Origin: an uncultured Gammaproteobacteria bacterium
GTDB taxonomy: Bacteria; Patescibacteriota; Patescibacteriia; S139-126
DNA length: 64,000 nt
NCBI GenBank assembly: GCA_964493305.1
Contig: CAZBLW010000002.1
Span: forward strand, 258,521 to 322,520
Reading direction: 5' to 3'
Shown here: positions 10,901-20,882 of the stretch, one piece after another
How positions within the stretch are numbered: position 1 is the first letter of the stretch
Layout: each line of letters begins with the position of its first letter
Made by a program: the position numbers and the translations under genes
Notes under the pieces: model-generated
What the model saw: only the letters and a program-made list of their open reading frames with translations
What the model was told of the DNA's origin: nothing
Database searches by the model: none

Positions 10901-13900
10901 TATGGTTGGTGGGATACAAGGTGGCAAAAACGAAAACCTATTTATTTTGATACCACCACTTCTGCTACTACTTCAGATTTAGCCAACTTTACTGCTCTAG
11001 TAAGGCTGAATTCCTCGCGGATAAATTATACCTATACCCAAAACAGCGGTCAGGATATTAGGTTTGTAGATGCTGATGGATTGACCGAGCTACCTTATGA
11101 GATTGAAAATTGGAATGAGTCAGGCGAGTCAATTGTCTGGGTGAAAGTGCCAAAGATTGATAAAAATTCTAAGACTGATCATATTTGGATGTACTATGAT
11201 AACCCCTTGGCTAGTGATAATTCTACTACCACTGGTACTTGGAATAGTAACTATGTTATTGTCCAACATTTACAAGAGACAACAACCGGAGCAAGTGATT
11301 TTAAAGATTCAACTAGCTATGGAAATGATTCAGTTGCTGTCACTTTTGGTGGTACTGGTTCTAATCCTGATGCAGTAGGTAAAATAAATGGTGCTATCCA
11401 ATTTGATGGTACTGATGACACTATCAGTTTTGGTGATAGTGATGATTTTAGCGCTACCAATGGAGTAACTGACCGGCCGATATCAGTTTCGTTTTGGGTA
11501 AAACCCGATACATTTGGTGCTGGTGGTCAAGATAGAATTATGCAGAAGTATGATAGTAGTGGAGAGTGGGAAATTTGGAATAGTGACACTGGAGCGGTCA
11601 ATTTTGCCTTCTTTGATCAAACAACCTATGACAACGGTATTGGTCGAGCGGTTGATTTTGCACTTACTGAAGGTCAGTGGGATTATCTGACTATGACCTA
11701 CAATGGTAATGAAACCAATTCCGGGATAAAAATTTTTAGAAATGGTGTAAGAATTGATGATGCTGATTATGCCAACGGCACTTATCCTGGTTCTTCCAAT
11801 ACTGATTCACAATTTAGAATGGGTTGGAATTATGGCTCTGATTATTGGGATGGATTTTTAGATGAAGTAAGAATTGCCAATATAGAATTGGACCCCAATT
11901 GGATTACTTTTGAATATTGTAATATGAATGATGCTTGTGCATCATTTGGTGCTGAAGAAGCTCAAGCTATCAAGATTTATCGCAGTATGGGTTTCAATAA
12001 CACTTCTCCCTTAGCTTCGGGTTCGAGTACGGTTGAGCTTACTATCAGCGGATTTGACGCCACTTTTAGCGCTGGTATGCCAATGAGAGTTGGAGTAGGA
12101 GATGCGATTCAATATGACTCTGATAGTAACGGTTCAGTTGATAGTATTGTATTTATTCATAAAAGAGTTTCTTCAACTCAATATGAAATAAGAACTGCCA
12201 ATGGCACTTCCACACCCACCGCCGTAACGGCTGATAAAGATTGGCGAATTTATCGGGCTTATACAACTTCAGATAATGCGGTTTCGGGAGTGGAAAATAC
12301 CGGTATTGCTTCAGCTTTGAGAAATTTTGATACTTGGTCGTTGGGTGATGATTTAGTTACCAAAAATTACCAATGGAATATCGCTCTCTATGCTGATGCA
12401 GTAGAAGTTGTCACCACCACAAGTCTTATAGATACATCCAATTGGACAACTGGACCAAAAAATTATCTTAGATTTTTTACACCAGTTAATAAAAATGAGG
12501 TTGGTGTATCCCAAAGGCATAATGGACGTCTGACTGACACTGCTTATAAAATATTAATTAATGTCGCGGGTGATTATCAAGATGTATACCAACAGCAAGC
12601 TAATTATATTAGAATCGAAGGTATTCAGTGTGAAATTTCTAGCCCCACTGCTTATATTGGAATACACTGTATAAATTTAAATCGGTCAACCGGCGCAGCT
12701 TATATTAGCGAAAATATTTTTAAAGGAGAAAGCGGGGTAATACCTTACCAAGGAGGTATTAAGTTTTATCATTCTGCTCCAGCAGGCATAACCGCTTATA
12801 TTTGGAATAATATTTTTTATGATTTTAGATATCCATCTGGTACTGAAGCTTATGGAATATCTATTAATCAAGCTGATTCTATAGGTTATGTTTATAACAA
12901 TACTTTTTACAACTGTAACGAAGCAATTCACGGAAGACTTTTGTTAATTCAGATTACTAACAATATCATGCAAAACACAAATACTTGTTATAGTACTTGG
13001 AATGGTTCCAACGCTTATACGGATTATAATATGTGTGACAATAGCAATGGTTCGCCTGGTTCTCATTCTTTAAACAATGTAACAGTAAGTTTTGTCAGTT
13101 CTACTGCCAGTGATTTTCGTCTCAAGTCTAGTGATTCAGTTGCCAGGGATAAGGGTAAAGATATGTCAGGGGACGTTAACTTACCTTTTAACAATGATAT
13201 TGAAAATCAAACTAGACAGGGTCCTTGGGATATTGGTGCTGATGAATATGTTGTCACATCACTTGGTACGCAAGGTTGGTGGCAATCTGCTTGGAAGAAT
13301 CGCATGAAGATAACTATTGATAACTCTTCCCAAAGTGAAACCCTGACCAATTTTCCTTTGGTGGTGACTTTATACTCCAGCAGAATTGATTACACTCAAA
13401 CCCAAAACAGTGGTCAGGATATTAGGTTTGTAGCTTCAGATGGCACGGAACTTCCTTATGAAATTGAAAAATGGGATGAAGCAGCAACTTCTACTGTCTG
13501 GGTGAAAGTACCCCAAATAAATGGTGGGTCAAATGCCGGATATATTTGGATGTATTATGGAAATCCTGATGCTGCTGACAATCAATCTCCCAATGACGTT
13601 TGGGATACGAACTATAAATTTGTTCACCACTTGGAAGAAAGTCCAGATGACACAGTGGCTGGTCATTTTGACTCCACTAGCAACAATGCCACTGGCACAC
13701 CTTACAATTTTCAAACTGGTGGCACGGGTACTACCAACGCCACTGGTAAACTGGATGGCGCGGATTATTTTAGTGTTACTACCAACAATGACTATGTAAC
13801 TATTCCAAGCCTAGCCAGTCAGCAGTTGACTGCTTCTGGTACGTTGGAAGCATGGGTGAAGCCAGATTTAACTACTGGGCGAATAGTTACCCATGGTCAA

Positions 13901-14377
13901 CAAAATGGTTTTTGGTTGGGCTATGTATCTTCTAAGTTTAATGTGAATTTATTTAATGGCGCCTTAAACGCCGCTACAACTTCTTATGTAATTTCAGGTA
14001 CTGATTGGTATTATGTAGTTGGTACATTTGGTTATGATGGTGCAACTAAGTATTTACGTCTTTATGTAAATGGATTACTGCAAGATTCGGTTGCTTTATC
14101 AACCAATAATATTAATTATGAAAGCGCTGATTATAGAAGTTGTATAAATGCTTATGGTGATTGTAGTGGTGGTTTTGGTCAGCATACTATTGATGAAGTT
14201 AGGTTATCAAATGTCACTCGGAGTGCTGATTGGATTAAGTTTTCTTATTGTAATATGAATGATAGTTGTTTGGATTATACCCAAAGTGAAGCATTTGGTG
14301 ATAGTACTGCTAGTAGCGGAGGGTCTAGTAAAGTGAAAGGCGGGATACAGATTAAAGGTGGAATTAGGTTTAAGTAA
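7907..14377 (+). CDS. Giant surface protein: N-terminal YPVVLDP domain, four DUF2341+LamG units and a beta-helix insert
   Basis: Four units WW...W..R...GQDIRF.D.DG..L.YEIE.W...WVKVP...W.YY.N followed by LamG (GxxDEVRIS); the beta-helix ends in RQGPWDIGADEY. Confidence 0.85.
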   Translation: MNKKFVQFIANKYFLILIFIFLVLSGAIFAWQIFTNNSQMSLQVSVPDNYQDKIVYSYQGQSFAIQPIAASSVNVKKKFFAEEYDYQDPYSKVDVKRLVSETGVKEDIVLREPGHPMQFKFQLDLGEFDYVKDLTGNITLTSKTDKLEEKDLQRKFFLPAPFFIDAAGKQSDTSAIDLRIDDKGIITYTLNESWLAQAQYPVVLDPSVELVILNVHSYPQTGDEWVVDFTTQGTADLIISPADQATIDDDRFVGLYCDGEERLPEIYKNDVIFYANWSCAGVGRVVHFTEYAGKHTLKFEFAGQVAYAYNSDWWNPSWTKRKKIFFDTTTSATTSNLIDFPLSVQLNSTRVDYTATQNSGQDIRFVDTDGTELPYEIESWNESGTSTLWVKVPQVNQNTTADYMWMYYGNSTAADNSTTTGVWDNNYKLVQHMDNTVTSTDSFVDSTKNYNHGTGFGGGSLAATSSGKINGAFNFDGTDDYVEVSNDSSLSGMNELSMSAWIYLDQLPTTVAHDVEILVKRHSTTPWNSYYFYIVGTACTNDNVMYVSLKNELEAAEYRCASSSLAVGQWYHVAVTWDGSDLHFYLNGSYDDEGATNFSGTSVFSSDGSFYINGEDSGPGRMDGKIDEVRISSIDRGVNWIKFEYCNQTDSCTTYGTEETDVWWNTKWLKRKKIMFDTTTSATTTSLVDFPVAVQLNSSRIDYAYTKPYGEDIRFIDSDGKTSLSYEIEKWDKTATSTFWVKVPTIDRNSNSDHIWLYYNNPNALDNSTTTGVWTNGFVGVWHMNNAYNASTTDSTKNALHGISRNLAATSTYMVGSALQFNGSTADVKLPISTLLNPEYTLTIEAWARTNSLSGEQSILGRTLSYELLAMRTWAPTGRPLAPIYYAYDTSMDLESATALTPGQFTYLAATYNGTTTGKAILYQDTIIKHTITTTTPESLYQNSANTYIGDSQWDDNSGFSGVIDEVRISDTDRTKSWINFTYCNIKETCNTYGKEQTYGWWDTRWQKRKPIYFDTTTSATTSDLANFTALVRLNSSRINYTYTQNSGQDIRFVDADGLTELPYEIENWNESGESIVWVKVPKIDKNSKTDHIWMYYDNPLASDNSTTTGTWNSNYVIVQHLQETTTGASDFKDSTSYGNDSVAVTFGGTGSNPDAVGKINGAIQFDGTDDTISFGDSDDFSATNGVTDRPISVSFWVKPDTFGAGGQDRIMQKYDSSGEWEIWNSDTGAVNFAFFDQTTYDNGIGRAVDFALTEGQWDYLTMTYNGNETNSGIKIFRNGVRIDDADYANGTYPGSSNTDSQFRMGWNYGSDYWDGFLDEVRIANIELDPNWITFEYCNMNDACASFGAEEAQAIKIYRSMGFNNTSPLASGSSTVELTISGFDATFSAGMPMRVGVGDAIQYDSDSNGSVDSIVFIHKRVSSTQYEIRTANGTSTPTAVTADKDWRIYRAYTTSDNAVSGVENTGIASALRNFDTWSLGDDLVTKNYQWNIALYADAVEVVTTTSLIDTSNWTTGPKNYLRFFTPVNKNEVGVSQRHNGRLTDTAYKILINVAGDYQDVYQQQANYIRIEGIQCEISSPTAYIGIHCINLNRSTGAAYISENIFKGESGVIPYQGGIKFYHSAPAGITAYIWNNIFYDFRYPSGTEAYGISINQADSIGYVYNNTFYNCNEAIHGRLLLIQITNNIMQNTNTCYSTWNGSNAYTDYNMCDNSNGSPGSHSLNNVTVSFVSSTASDFRLKSSDSVARDKGKDMSGDVNLPFNNDIENQTRQGPWDIGADEYVVTSLGTQGWWQSAWKNRMKITIDNSSQSETLTNFPLVVTLYSSRIDYTQTQNSGQDIRFVASDGTELPYEIEKWDEAATSTVWVKVPQINGGSNAGYIWMYYGNPDAADNQSPNDVWDTNYKFVHHLEESPDDTVAGHFDSTSNNATGTPYNFQTGGTGTTNATGKLDGADYFSVTTNNDYVTIPSLASQQLTASGTLEAWVKPDLTTGRIVTHGQQNGFWLGYVSSKFNVNLFNGALNAATTSYVISGTDWYYVVGTFGYDGATKYLRLYVNGLLQDSVALSTNNINYESADYRSCINAYGDCSGGFGQHTIDEVRLSNVTRSADWIKFSYCNMNDSCLDYTQSEAFGDSTASSGGSSKVKGGIQIKGGIRFK

Positions 14378-14467
14378 TTATAATGATTTAAGATTTAAGA
14401 ATAAAGATTTAAGAATTTACCCTTATTTAATTGCCTTGCACCTTAGACAGAAATTAAAAATAAAATG

Positions 14468-14650
14468 TTTTACCTCTATTTTTTGTCAGTCCCGCGGACG
14501 CGGGATAGCAAAAACTGCCGACCAGCGCTTCCGTTCAGGTAAAATTGCCAACCGTTCGCGCGCCTCTCAAAATCTCTTACGCTTTAGTTGAGAGGCGTAA
14601 CCGCTCACTACTTGGCAATATTTACACTTCAGGAAGCGGAAGGTCGGAAA
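14468..14650. mobile_element. ~190-nt long-hairpin element, copy A (MITE-like or structured RNA)
   Basis: Nested stems ccgacc/ggtcgg, ttccg/cggaa, gtaaa-attgccaa/ttggcaat-tttac, gcctctcaa/ttgagaggc; homologous to 44051-44250. Confidence 0.75.
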
Positions 14651-14724
14651 GAAATTCAAAATAAAAATTATAAAATTAAAAAATTCATTAGTTATTAGTA
14701 ATTAGAAATTAGTAATTAAAATAT

Positions 14725-14814
14725 TTGTCATTCCGTGCTTGACACGGAATCCAGAAACAAAAATAGATTCCTGCTCGAGTTTATCCCGCACTTGATGCGG
14801 GACAGGAATGACAA
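14725..14814. repeat. REP doublet with a nested insertion in the right-arm loop
   Basis: ttgtcattccgtgcttgacacggaatcc ... gattcctgct[cgagtttatcccgcacttgatgcggga]caggaatgacaa. Confidence 0.9.
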
Positions 14815-14897
14815 GGATAAAAGTTTAAAAATTCAGATTTATTTAAAAATTACAAAATTAAAAATTAAAAAATTCATTAGTTATTAGTAATTAAAAA

Positions 14898-15005
14898 ATG
14901 AAGTTTTCTTTTCCCCAACTAAATATATTAAAGTCCTTAAAACGAGTTCCAGGTAACAAGGAATATAATTGTCATTCCGAACTTGTTTCGGAATCTAAAA
15001 AATAA
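14898..15005 (+). pseudogene. 35-codon relic N-terminus paralogous to the starts of the two downstream LamG genes
   Basis: MKFSFPQLNILKSLKRVPGNK vs MHFSFPQLNILNALKRTKVNK (20946). It runs into a REP arm and stops at TAA overlapping the next ATG. Confidence 0.7.
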
Positions 15006-15066
15006 TGAAATTAAAATTTTCAAAACTAAATATAGTAAAGACCCTGAAAAGATTTCAGGGTGACAA
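14969..15066. repeat. REP doublet spanning the start codon of the 1933-aa gene
   Basis: Left arm ttgtcattccgaacttgtttcggaatct; right arm gaccctgaaaagatttcagggtgacaa lies inside the CDS. Confidence 0.8.
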
Positions 15067-18000
15067 GCGGACTTGGTTAGCTGTATTGGCCGTAGTGGTT
15101 TTGGCAATGGCTGCGTCATTTTATTTTTTCCGCAATCAGTCACCAGAGGCAGTAGCCGGGTGGTGGGATGAGGATTGGCATTATCGGATGAAAATGACAG
15201 TTGATGCCACCAAGATTGACTCTGATTTAACCAATTTTCCTGTAGCCATAGTTTTGACCACTAGTAACTTCACTTATGCCAATGCACAAAGTGCTGGACA
15301 AGATATAAGGTTTACTGACGCCAATGGCAATACCTTATATCACGAAATAGAAAAATGGAACTCTAGTGCTACTTCAACTATTTGGGTAAAAGTACCAATG
15401 GTTGATGATACAACTGATACCACTTTATATATGTATTATGGCAATTTAGCTGTGGCTGACGGGCAAAATAAAACTGCGGTGTGGGATGAGGGTTTTGTCA
15501 TGGTCCAGCATATGAACAATACCGCTACTGGCACAGATAGTTTTGTTGATGCAACCAAATACAATAATCACGGTACAGGGGCTGGTAGTGGTACATCTTT
15601 AGTTGCTACCAGTAGTGGTATAATAGATGGGGCTTTTGAAGTTGACGGAATTGATGACCGCGTGGAAGTGCCTAATGATAGTAGTCTTAGTGGCATGTCC
15701 CAATTAACTATGTCTGGTTGGGTATATTTTGATCAGCTGCCATCAGTTATTGGTCATGAAGGTTTATTGATGGTAAAAAGGCATGAGGGTGAACCTTATG
15801 ATTCATATTATTTGGATATTGTGGGGTCTTCAGGTTGTGCTAGTCCCAATGTAATGTTGGCGACAATAAAAAATCAAGTAGAAGGTACAGATTATAAGTG
15901 TGCTAACACTAGTTTGACTGCCAACCAATGGTACTATATAGCTTCTACTTGGGACGGTTCAAATATTCATTTTTATCTCAACGGAGTCAATGATGATTAT
16001 GGTGATACCACTTTTAGTGGAACTAGTGTATTTGTTTCTGATGGTATTTTATATATCAATTCCGATGATAGTACTGGTGGCAGAATTGATGGCAAGATTG
16101 ATGATGTACGAATTTCCAAAATTGCTAGACCAGCCGCTTGGTTGAGAGCGGATTATTACAACGGGATAAATAATTTATTAACCTTAGCAGCCGAAGAAAA
16201 AGGCCCGGGTCCAGTGGCGTATTGGGGTTTTGAAGAAGGTTATGGTAATAGTATCGCTGATTTGAGTGGCAATGGACACACCTTAACCGCCAGTAGTACG
16301 GTTTGGAAAACAGATAGTGAATGTTTGCGCGGTAAGTGTTTGTATTTTGATGGAACTACCAGTGTGGCGACTACCACCAATACCAATGCTTTGAATATTT
16401 CTGGCAGTGAGATTACTCTAACTTCTTGGTTTAAGCCAATTACTTTTTCTGGAAAAAAAATGCTGCTGGATAAAGGTTCTTATGCGGTGCACTGGAATTA
16501 TGGATTTGGCTTGAATAATTCAGGGTTATTGATGCGTCACAATAACGGTGATAAAACAACTAACAATGTAACCTTAGGTTTAAATGAATGGCATCAATTC
16601 ACAGCAGTGTATTCGGGTGGAAATGATTATTTTTATATTGATGGTGTACTGGTGGAAAGCATGTCAGATACGAGTTGGTCAGAAAATACAGGGACACAAC
16701 AATTAACCTTAGGCGCCGCTTGGCAAGACGGAGTAGGGTATAGTGAATTTTTTCACGGCTATTTAGATGAGGTTAAAGTTTACAATTATGCCAAGACCGC
16801 TGATCAAGTAAAAACTGATTACAATAAAAATATGGCCGTTATGTTAGGCACTAATGAGTATACTAGTTTGTCGGATGGATTATTGCTACAGTGGCAGATG
16901 GACGAACAAACTTGGAACGGAACAAGTGGTGAGGTAAAAGATTCTTCTGGTTCTGGCAATCACGGCACAGCCGATAGTGCTTTGGCCACTTCAACTGCCA
17001 AATTCAATCGAGCGGGAAATTTGGATGGTGATACAGACATGGTAAATATTAATCCAGCTGGAACAAATTTAGCTAATCTTGCAACATCAAGCGTTACGAT
17101 GTCAATCTGGCTTAAAACCAATACAGTCGTCAAAAGTTTTGCGGATATTTCTAATACTGGTGGTTCAACACAATTCTTACATTTAGTTAATGATCACGAT
17201 ATTGTTCGTGCTTATTTTTATTTAAATGGTGATGGTACTCAAAAAGTACTTGAATCTGATTCAGGTTCTATTACTGTTGGTCAGTGGTATCATATGGCAG
17301 TAACCAGAGATTATCAAACCGGGGATACTATATTATATTTAGACGGGGTAGAAGTGGACCGCTTGCAGGCAATTGGTACAACTGGTTATGCCCCGACAAA
17401 TATAGGTTTGGGAAATGGTAGTAATTATTGTTTTGACGGACAGTTGGATGATTTTCGTATTTACAACCGCGCCTTGTCACCTGATGAAGTCAGACGCTTG
17501 TCTGAATGGGCACCGGGACCAGTGACTCATTGGAAAATGGATGAGACAAGTTGGAACGGAACGACTAACGAAGTCAAAGATAGTTCAGTAAATGGTTTAC
17601 ACGGTGAATCTACAGGTAGTGGTACTTATGTATCACCACTTGGTAAATATGGTAGTGCTGGATATTTTGATGGCACTAGTTATCTGGATTTTGGCAATCC
17701 TAGCGGTGAAGTTTTGGATCCAGGCATGCGTAATTTTACTTTTTCAACTTGGATAAAAACCAGCAATACAGCCAATGCCAGAATTTTTGAAAAGAGAGCT
17801 AGCGGATATGACGGGTTCGAATTTGGTATTGGGACAGGGGGTAATTGGATGTATTTTATAGGTGATAATACCAATAGAAGTTGGAGTGATAGTTTAGGAA
17901 CAGCCGGTATTTTATCAGATGACCAGTGGCATCATGTGGCTTATGTGGTTGATAGAAAAAATAGCATAATATCTTTTTATAAAGATGGTATTTTAAATAC

Positions 18001-20806
18001 TACTTCCAGTATTTCTATTGTGACTGGTCATGTGTCATCTACGGCTAATTTTATTTTGGGCACAGGTTTTACCAATGATTATATCGGTAAACTTGATGAT
18101 GTTAGAATTTATAATTATGCGCGCAATCAGCGGCAAATACTTGAAGACATGAATGCTGGGCGAAAAAACAATCCGATTGGGTATTGGAGTTTTGATGAAG
18201 GACAGGGAGGTACAGCACATGATAGTAGTTATTTAGCTGCACTTGGTTCGGGAAATAATGGTACATTGATTAATATGACAACCAGTGGCCCAAGTTCTGT
18301 TTGGTCGCCAAGTGGTAAAGCTGGCAAAGCTTTGCAGTTTGATGGGTCAGATGATGTTGTAACCATAACCAATAATAACATTACCAACTATAATCAAAGT
18401 CGTTCAGTTAGTTTGTGGTTTAAAACAAATACTTTAGGCAGTCAAAAAGGTATAATTGGCACAGGCAATACAGTTTTAGAATCTGCGCCTTTTTGGTTAC
18501 TTACTCAAAGTGATAGTAATAAAATATCACTTTATCATTCAGGCTATTATGATGGGACTACTACTTTAGAAAGAAACAAGTGGTATCATTTGGTTTATAC
18601 TTACGATCGCCCTAGAAATTATTTGGTTTTGTATTTAGATGGGAAAGTTGAATATGCAGGCACTGCGAATGAAGCTGATAATAATAAAAATAATATTTAT
18701 ATTGGTGGGGGCTGGGGAGGGTATTTCAATGGCCAGATTGATGAAGTGAAAATATACAATTATCCCATCACTGTTGATGAAATCAGACAAAATTACAATG
18801 TTGGTCAGCAGATTGTTTTGTCACGTAGTGCCAATGACAATTTGACCGACGGACTACTGGCTTATTGGCCGATGGATGGTGACCTGACTGATGCCAGTGG
18901 CAATGGCAATACGGGAACAGCTTCAGGAGCAACAGCAACAACTTCAGCCATGTTTGGCCAAGCTTATGCAATCAATGCTGGGACAAATTATATTTCAGTT
19001 CCCACTTCTGCTTCACTTGATTCCTATACTGATAAATTAACAGTGTCAGGGTGGTATTATTTTAATACCCTTGCTCCTACCCAGCAATGGTTATTTGATA
19101 AAGGTTTAAATTATTATTTACGAGTAACCAGCGCCGGTGGATTTACCAACTATCTATTTGGTATCAACAATGAAGATTATTGGTCAACTCAAAATAGTTT
19201 AGTTACAGCTGGTGAGTGGTATTATATTGTTTTTACTTATGATGGCCAGGAACGAAAATTGTATATTAATGGTGAATTAAAAGAGAGTAAAGCAGATACT
19301 GGCACTATAGATAACGGTGGTAATTTGACTATTGGCAATCGTGCTGGGCATAGTGAGCCAATGGACGGGCAGGTAGATGATATAAAAATTTATAATCGCG
19401 TACTGTCAGCTGATGAAATTGCGCAAAATTATGTAAATACTCCAGGACCGGTGGCTTATTGGAAAATGGATGAAGGAACAGGGCAAACGTCAAATGATAG
19501 TAGTAATTACAATAATACTTTACGACTCGGTTTGGATAGCCGCAGCCCAAGTTGGCAACCAATAGGTAAAATTGGTAGCGCTTTAAATTTCAATGATGCC
19601 AATCCCGAAGATTGGGCTGGTGCATCAAGTACTGATAGTTTGAATATTGCCGGGAAAATTACTTTGGAGGCTTGGGTACGTTTACGAAGTTATGATGGCT
19701 ATTTTATGGATGTTGTCTCCAAAGACAATAGTTCCAATTTTTCTTATTGGCTGGGGATTGATAATGTTACTGCTCGACCGATGATGATATTGACCAATGA
19801 TGGTTCTACTCAGTACCAAGCTTATGGCGCAGAGGCATTGGAAGAAAATAAATGGTATCATCTGGCCGGTGTTTATGATGGTTCGCAAATGAGAGTTTAT
19901 GTAAATGGAGTTTTAGCTTCCAACGGCTCTAGCAATCCCAGATCATATTCATCTGGTATTTATCAAAATGTCAATTCAGATGTCAATGTTGGTTACAGTC
20001 AATCATGGGCGAATAACGGTTGGGATGGTGATATTGATGAGGTAAAAATTTACAATTATGCTCGTACGCAGCGGCAAATTTTGGAAGATATGAATGCTGG
20101 TCGAAAAAATAACCCAGTTGCCTATTGGAAATTTGATGAGGGTTCAGGAGAAGTAATTCATGATTTTTCTGGCAACAGTCACAATGGTACTTTGATAGTA
20201 GGCAGTGGTGGCACTCAGTCAGCTACCAGTTCCATTTGGACCAATGGTTTATCAGGTAAAATAAATGGTTCACTTAATTTTGATGGTACTGACGATATTG
20301 TCAATATGGGAACAAGTACAGCATTCAATATTGCCACTGGTACTGTATCGGTTTGGTTTAATTTAAATAGCCACACTATACTTGATAAAACAATTATTGG
20401 TAAAGATTTAAGTGGAGGTAATAATGGTGATTTTAATTTACGAGTAGCTGAATCTGATGATGCCACCAATCCCAGTAAGATAGAATTTAAGACTGAGAAT
20501 GGTGGCTCAAGTTATTATGTTGCCAGTGATAATATTGCCCCTACCAATGAATGGGTTCATGTGGCTGTTTTGTTTGGTGATGGTGGGATGAGAATGTATG
20601 TTAATGGAATTTTACAAAAATCTACTGCCTCACAAGTTTATGGTATGACTAATGCTTCTGCAAATTTATTTATAAGTGCTTCAGCTACCGGTAATACTGA
20701 TTATTTTAATGGTAAAATAGATGAAGCGAAGATTTACAATTATCATCTTACCCCTGAAGAAATCAAACAAGAATACAATGGGGGGTTTAGTAGTTATTTT
20801 AGATAA
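15005..20806 (+). CDS. Giant adhesin-like protein: TM anchor, DUF2341 and about 8 LamG (concanavalin A-like) domains
   Basis: Repeated xYWxFDEG...WxH...LYxxG...GxIDEVKIYN units. Confidence 0.88.
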   Translation: MKLKFSKLNIVKTLKRFQGDKRTWLAVLAVVVLAMAASFYFFRNQSPEAVAGWWDEDWHYRMKMTVDATKIDSDLTNFPVAIVLTTSNFTYANAQSAGQDIRFTDANGNTLYHEIEKWNSSATSTIWVKVPMVDDTTDTTLYMYYGNLAVADGQNKTAVWDEGFVMVQHMNNTATGTDSFVDATKYNNHGTGAGSGTSLVATSSGIIDGAFEVDGIDDRVEVPNDSSLSGMSQLTMSGWVYFDQLPSVIGHEGLLMVKRHEGEPYDSYYLDIVGSSGCASPNVMLATIKNQVEGTDYKCANTSLTANQWYYIASTWDGSNIHFYLNGVNDDYGDTTFSGTSVFVSDGILYINSDDSTGGRIDGKIDDVRISKIARPAAWLRADYYNGINNLLTLAAEEKGPGPVAYWGFEEGYGNSIADLSGNGHTLTASSTVWKTDSECLRGKCLYFDGTTSVATTTNTNALNISGSEITLTSWFKPITFSGKKMLLDKGSYAVHWNYGFGLNNSGLLMRHNNGDKTTNNVTLGLNEWHQFTAVYSGGNDYFYIDGVLVESMSDTSWSENTGTQQLTLGAAWQDGVGYSEFFHGYLDEVKVYNYAKTADQVKTDYNKNMAVMLGTNEYTSLSDGLLLQWQMDEQTWNGTSGEVKDSSGSGNHGTADSALATSTAKFNRAGNLDGDTDMVNINPAGTNLANLATSSVTMSIWLKTNTVVKSFADISNTGGSTQFLHLVNDHDIVRAYFYLNGDGTQKVLESDSGSITVGQWYHMAVTRDYQTGDTILYLDGVEVDRLQAIGTTGYAPTNIGLGNGSNYCFDGQLDDFRIYNRALSPDEVRRLSEWAPGPVTHWKMDETSWNGTTNEVKDSSVNGLHGESTGSGTYVSPLGKYGSAGYFDGTSYLDFGNPSGEVLDPGMRNFTFSTWIKTSNTANARIFEKRASGYDGFEFGIGTGGNWMYFIGDNTNRSWSDSLGTAGILSDDQWHHVAYVVDRKNSIISFYKDGILNTTSSISIVTGHVSSTANFILGTGFTNDYIGKLDDVRIYNYARNQRQILEDMNAGRKNNPIGYWSFDEGQGGTAHDSSYLAALGSGNNGTLINMTTSGPSSVWSPSGKAGKALQFDGSDDVVTITNNNITNYNQSRSVSLWFKTNTLGSQKGIIGTGNTVLESAPFWLLTQSDSNKISLYHSGYYDGTTTLERNKWYHLVYTYDRPRNYLVLYLDGKVEYAGTANEADNNKNNIYIGGGWGGYFNGQIDEVKIYNYPITVDEIRQNYNVGQQIVLSRSANDNLTDGLLAYWPMDGDLTDASGNGNTGTASGATATTSAMFGQAYAINAGTNYISVPTSASLDSYTDKLTVSGWYYFNTLAPTQQWLFDKGLNYYLRVTSAGGFTNYLFGINNEDYWSTQNSLVTAGEWYYIVFTYDGQERKLYINGELKESKADTGTIDNGGNLTIGNRAGHSEPMDGQVDDIKIYNRVLSADEIAQNYVNTPGPVAYWKMDEGTGQTSNDSSNYNNTLRLGLDSRSPSWQPIGKIGSALNFNDANPEDWAGASSTDSLNIAGKITLEAWVRLRSYDGYFMDVVSKDNSSNFSYWLGIDNVTARPMMILTNDGSTQYQAYGAEALEENKWYHLAGVYDGSQMRVYVNGVLASNGSSNPRSYSSGIYQNVNSDVNVGYSQSWANNGWDGDIDEVKIYNYARTQRQILEDMNAGRKNNPVAYWKFDEGSGEVIHDFSGNSHNGTLIVGSGGTQSATSSIWTNGLSGKINGSLNFDGTDDIVNMGTSTAFNIATGTVSVWFNLNSHTILDKTIIGKDLSGGNNGDFNLRVAESDDATNPSKIEFKTENGGSSYYVASDNIAPTNEWVHVAVLFGDGGMRMYVNGILQKSTASQVYGMTNASANLFISASATGNTDYFNGKIDEAKIYNYHLTPEEIKQEYNGGFSSYFR

Positions 20807-20862
20807 AAAATGTTAATTATAAATTGTAAATTTTAAATTATAAATGAATTATAAAATTACAA

Positions 20863-20882
20863 CCTGCCTGCCGGCAGGCAGG
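20863..20882. repeat. Perfect 20-bp GC palindrome inserted in an AT-rich repeat array
   Basis: cctgcctgccggcaggcagg. Confidence 0.9.

Noticed and set aside
14358-14591. 77-aa ORF here and 69-aa ORF at 44024-44233
   Set aside because: Both run through repeat and hairpin elements, on opposite strands in the two copies, so coding is not conserved.
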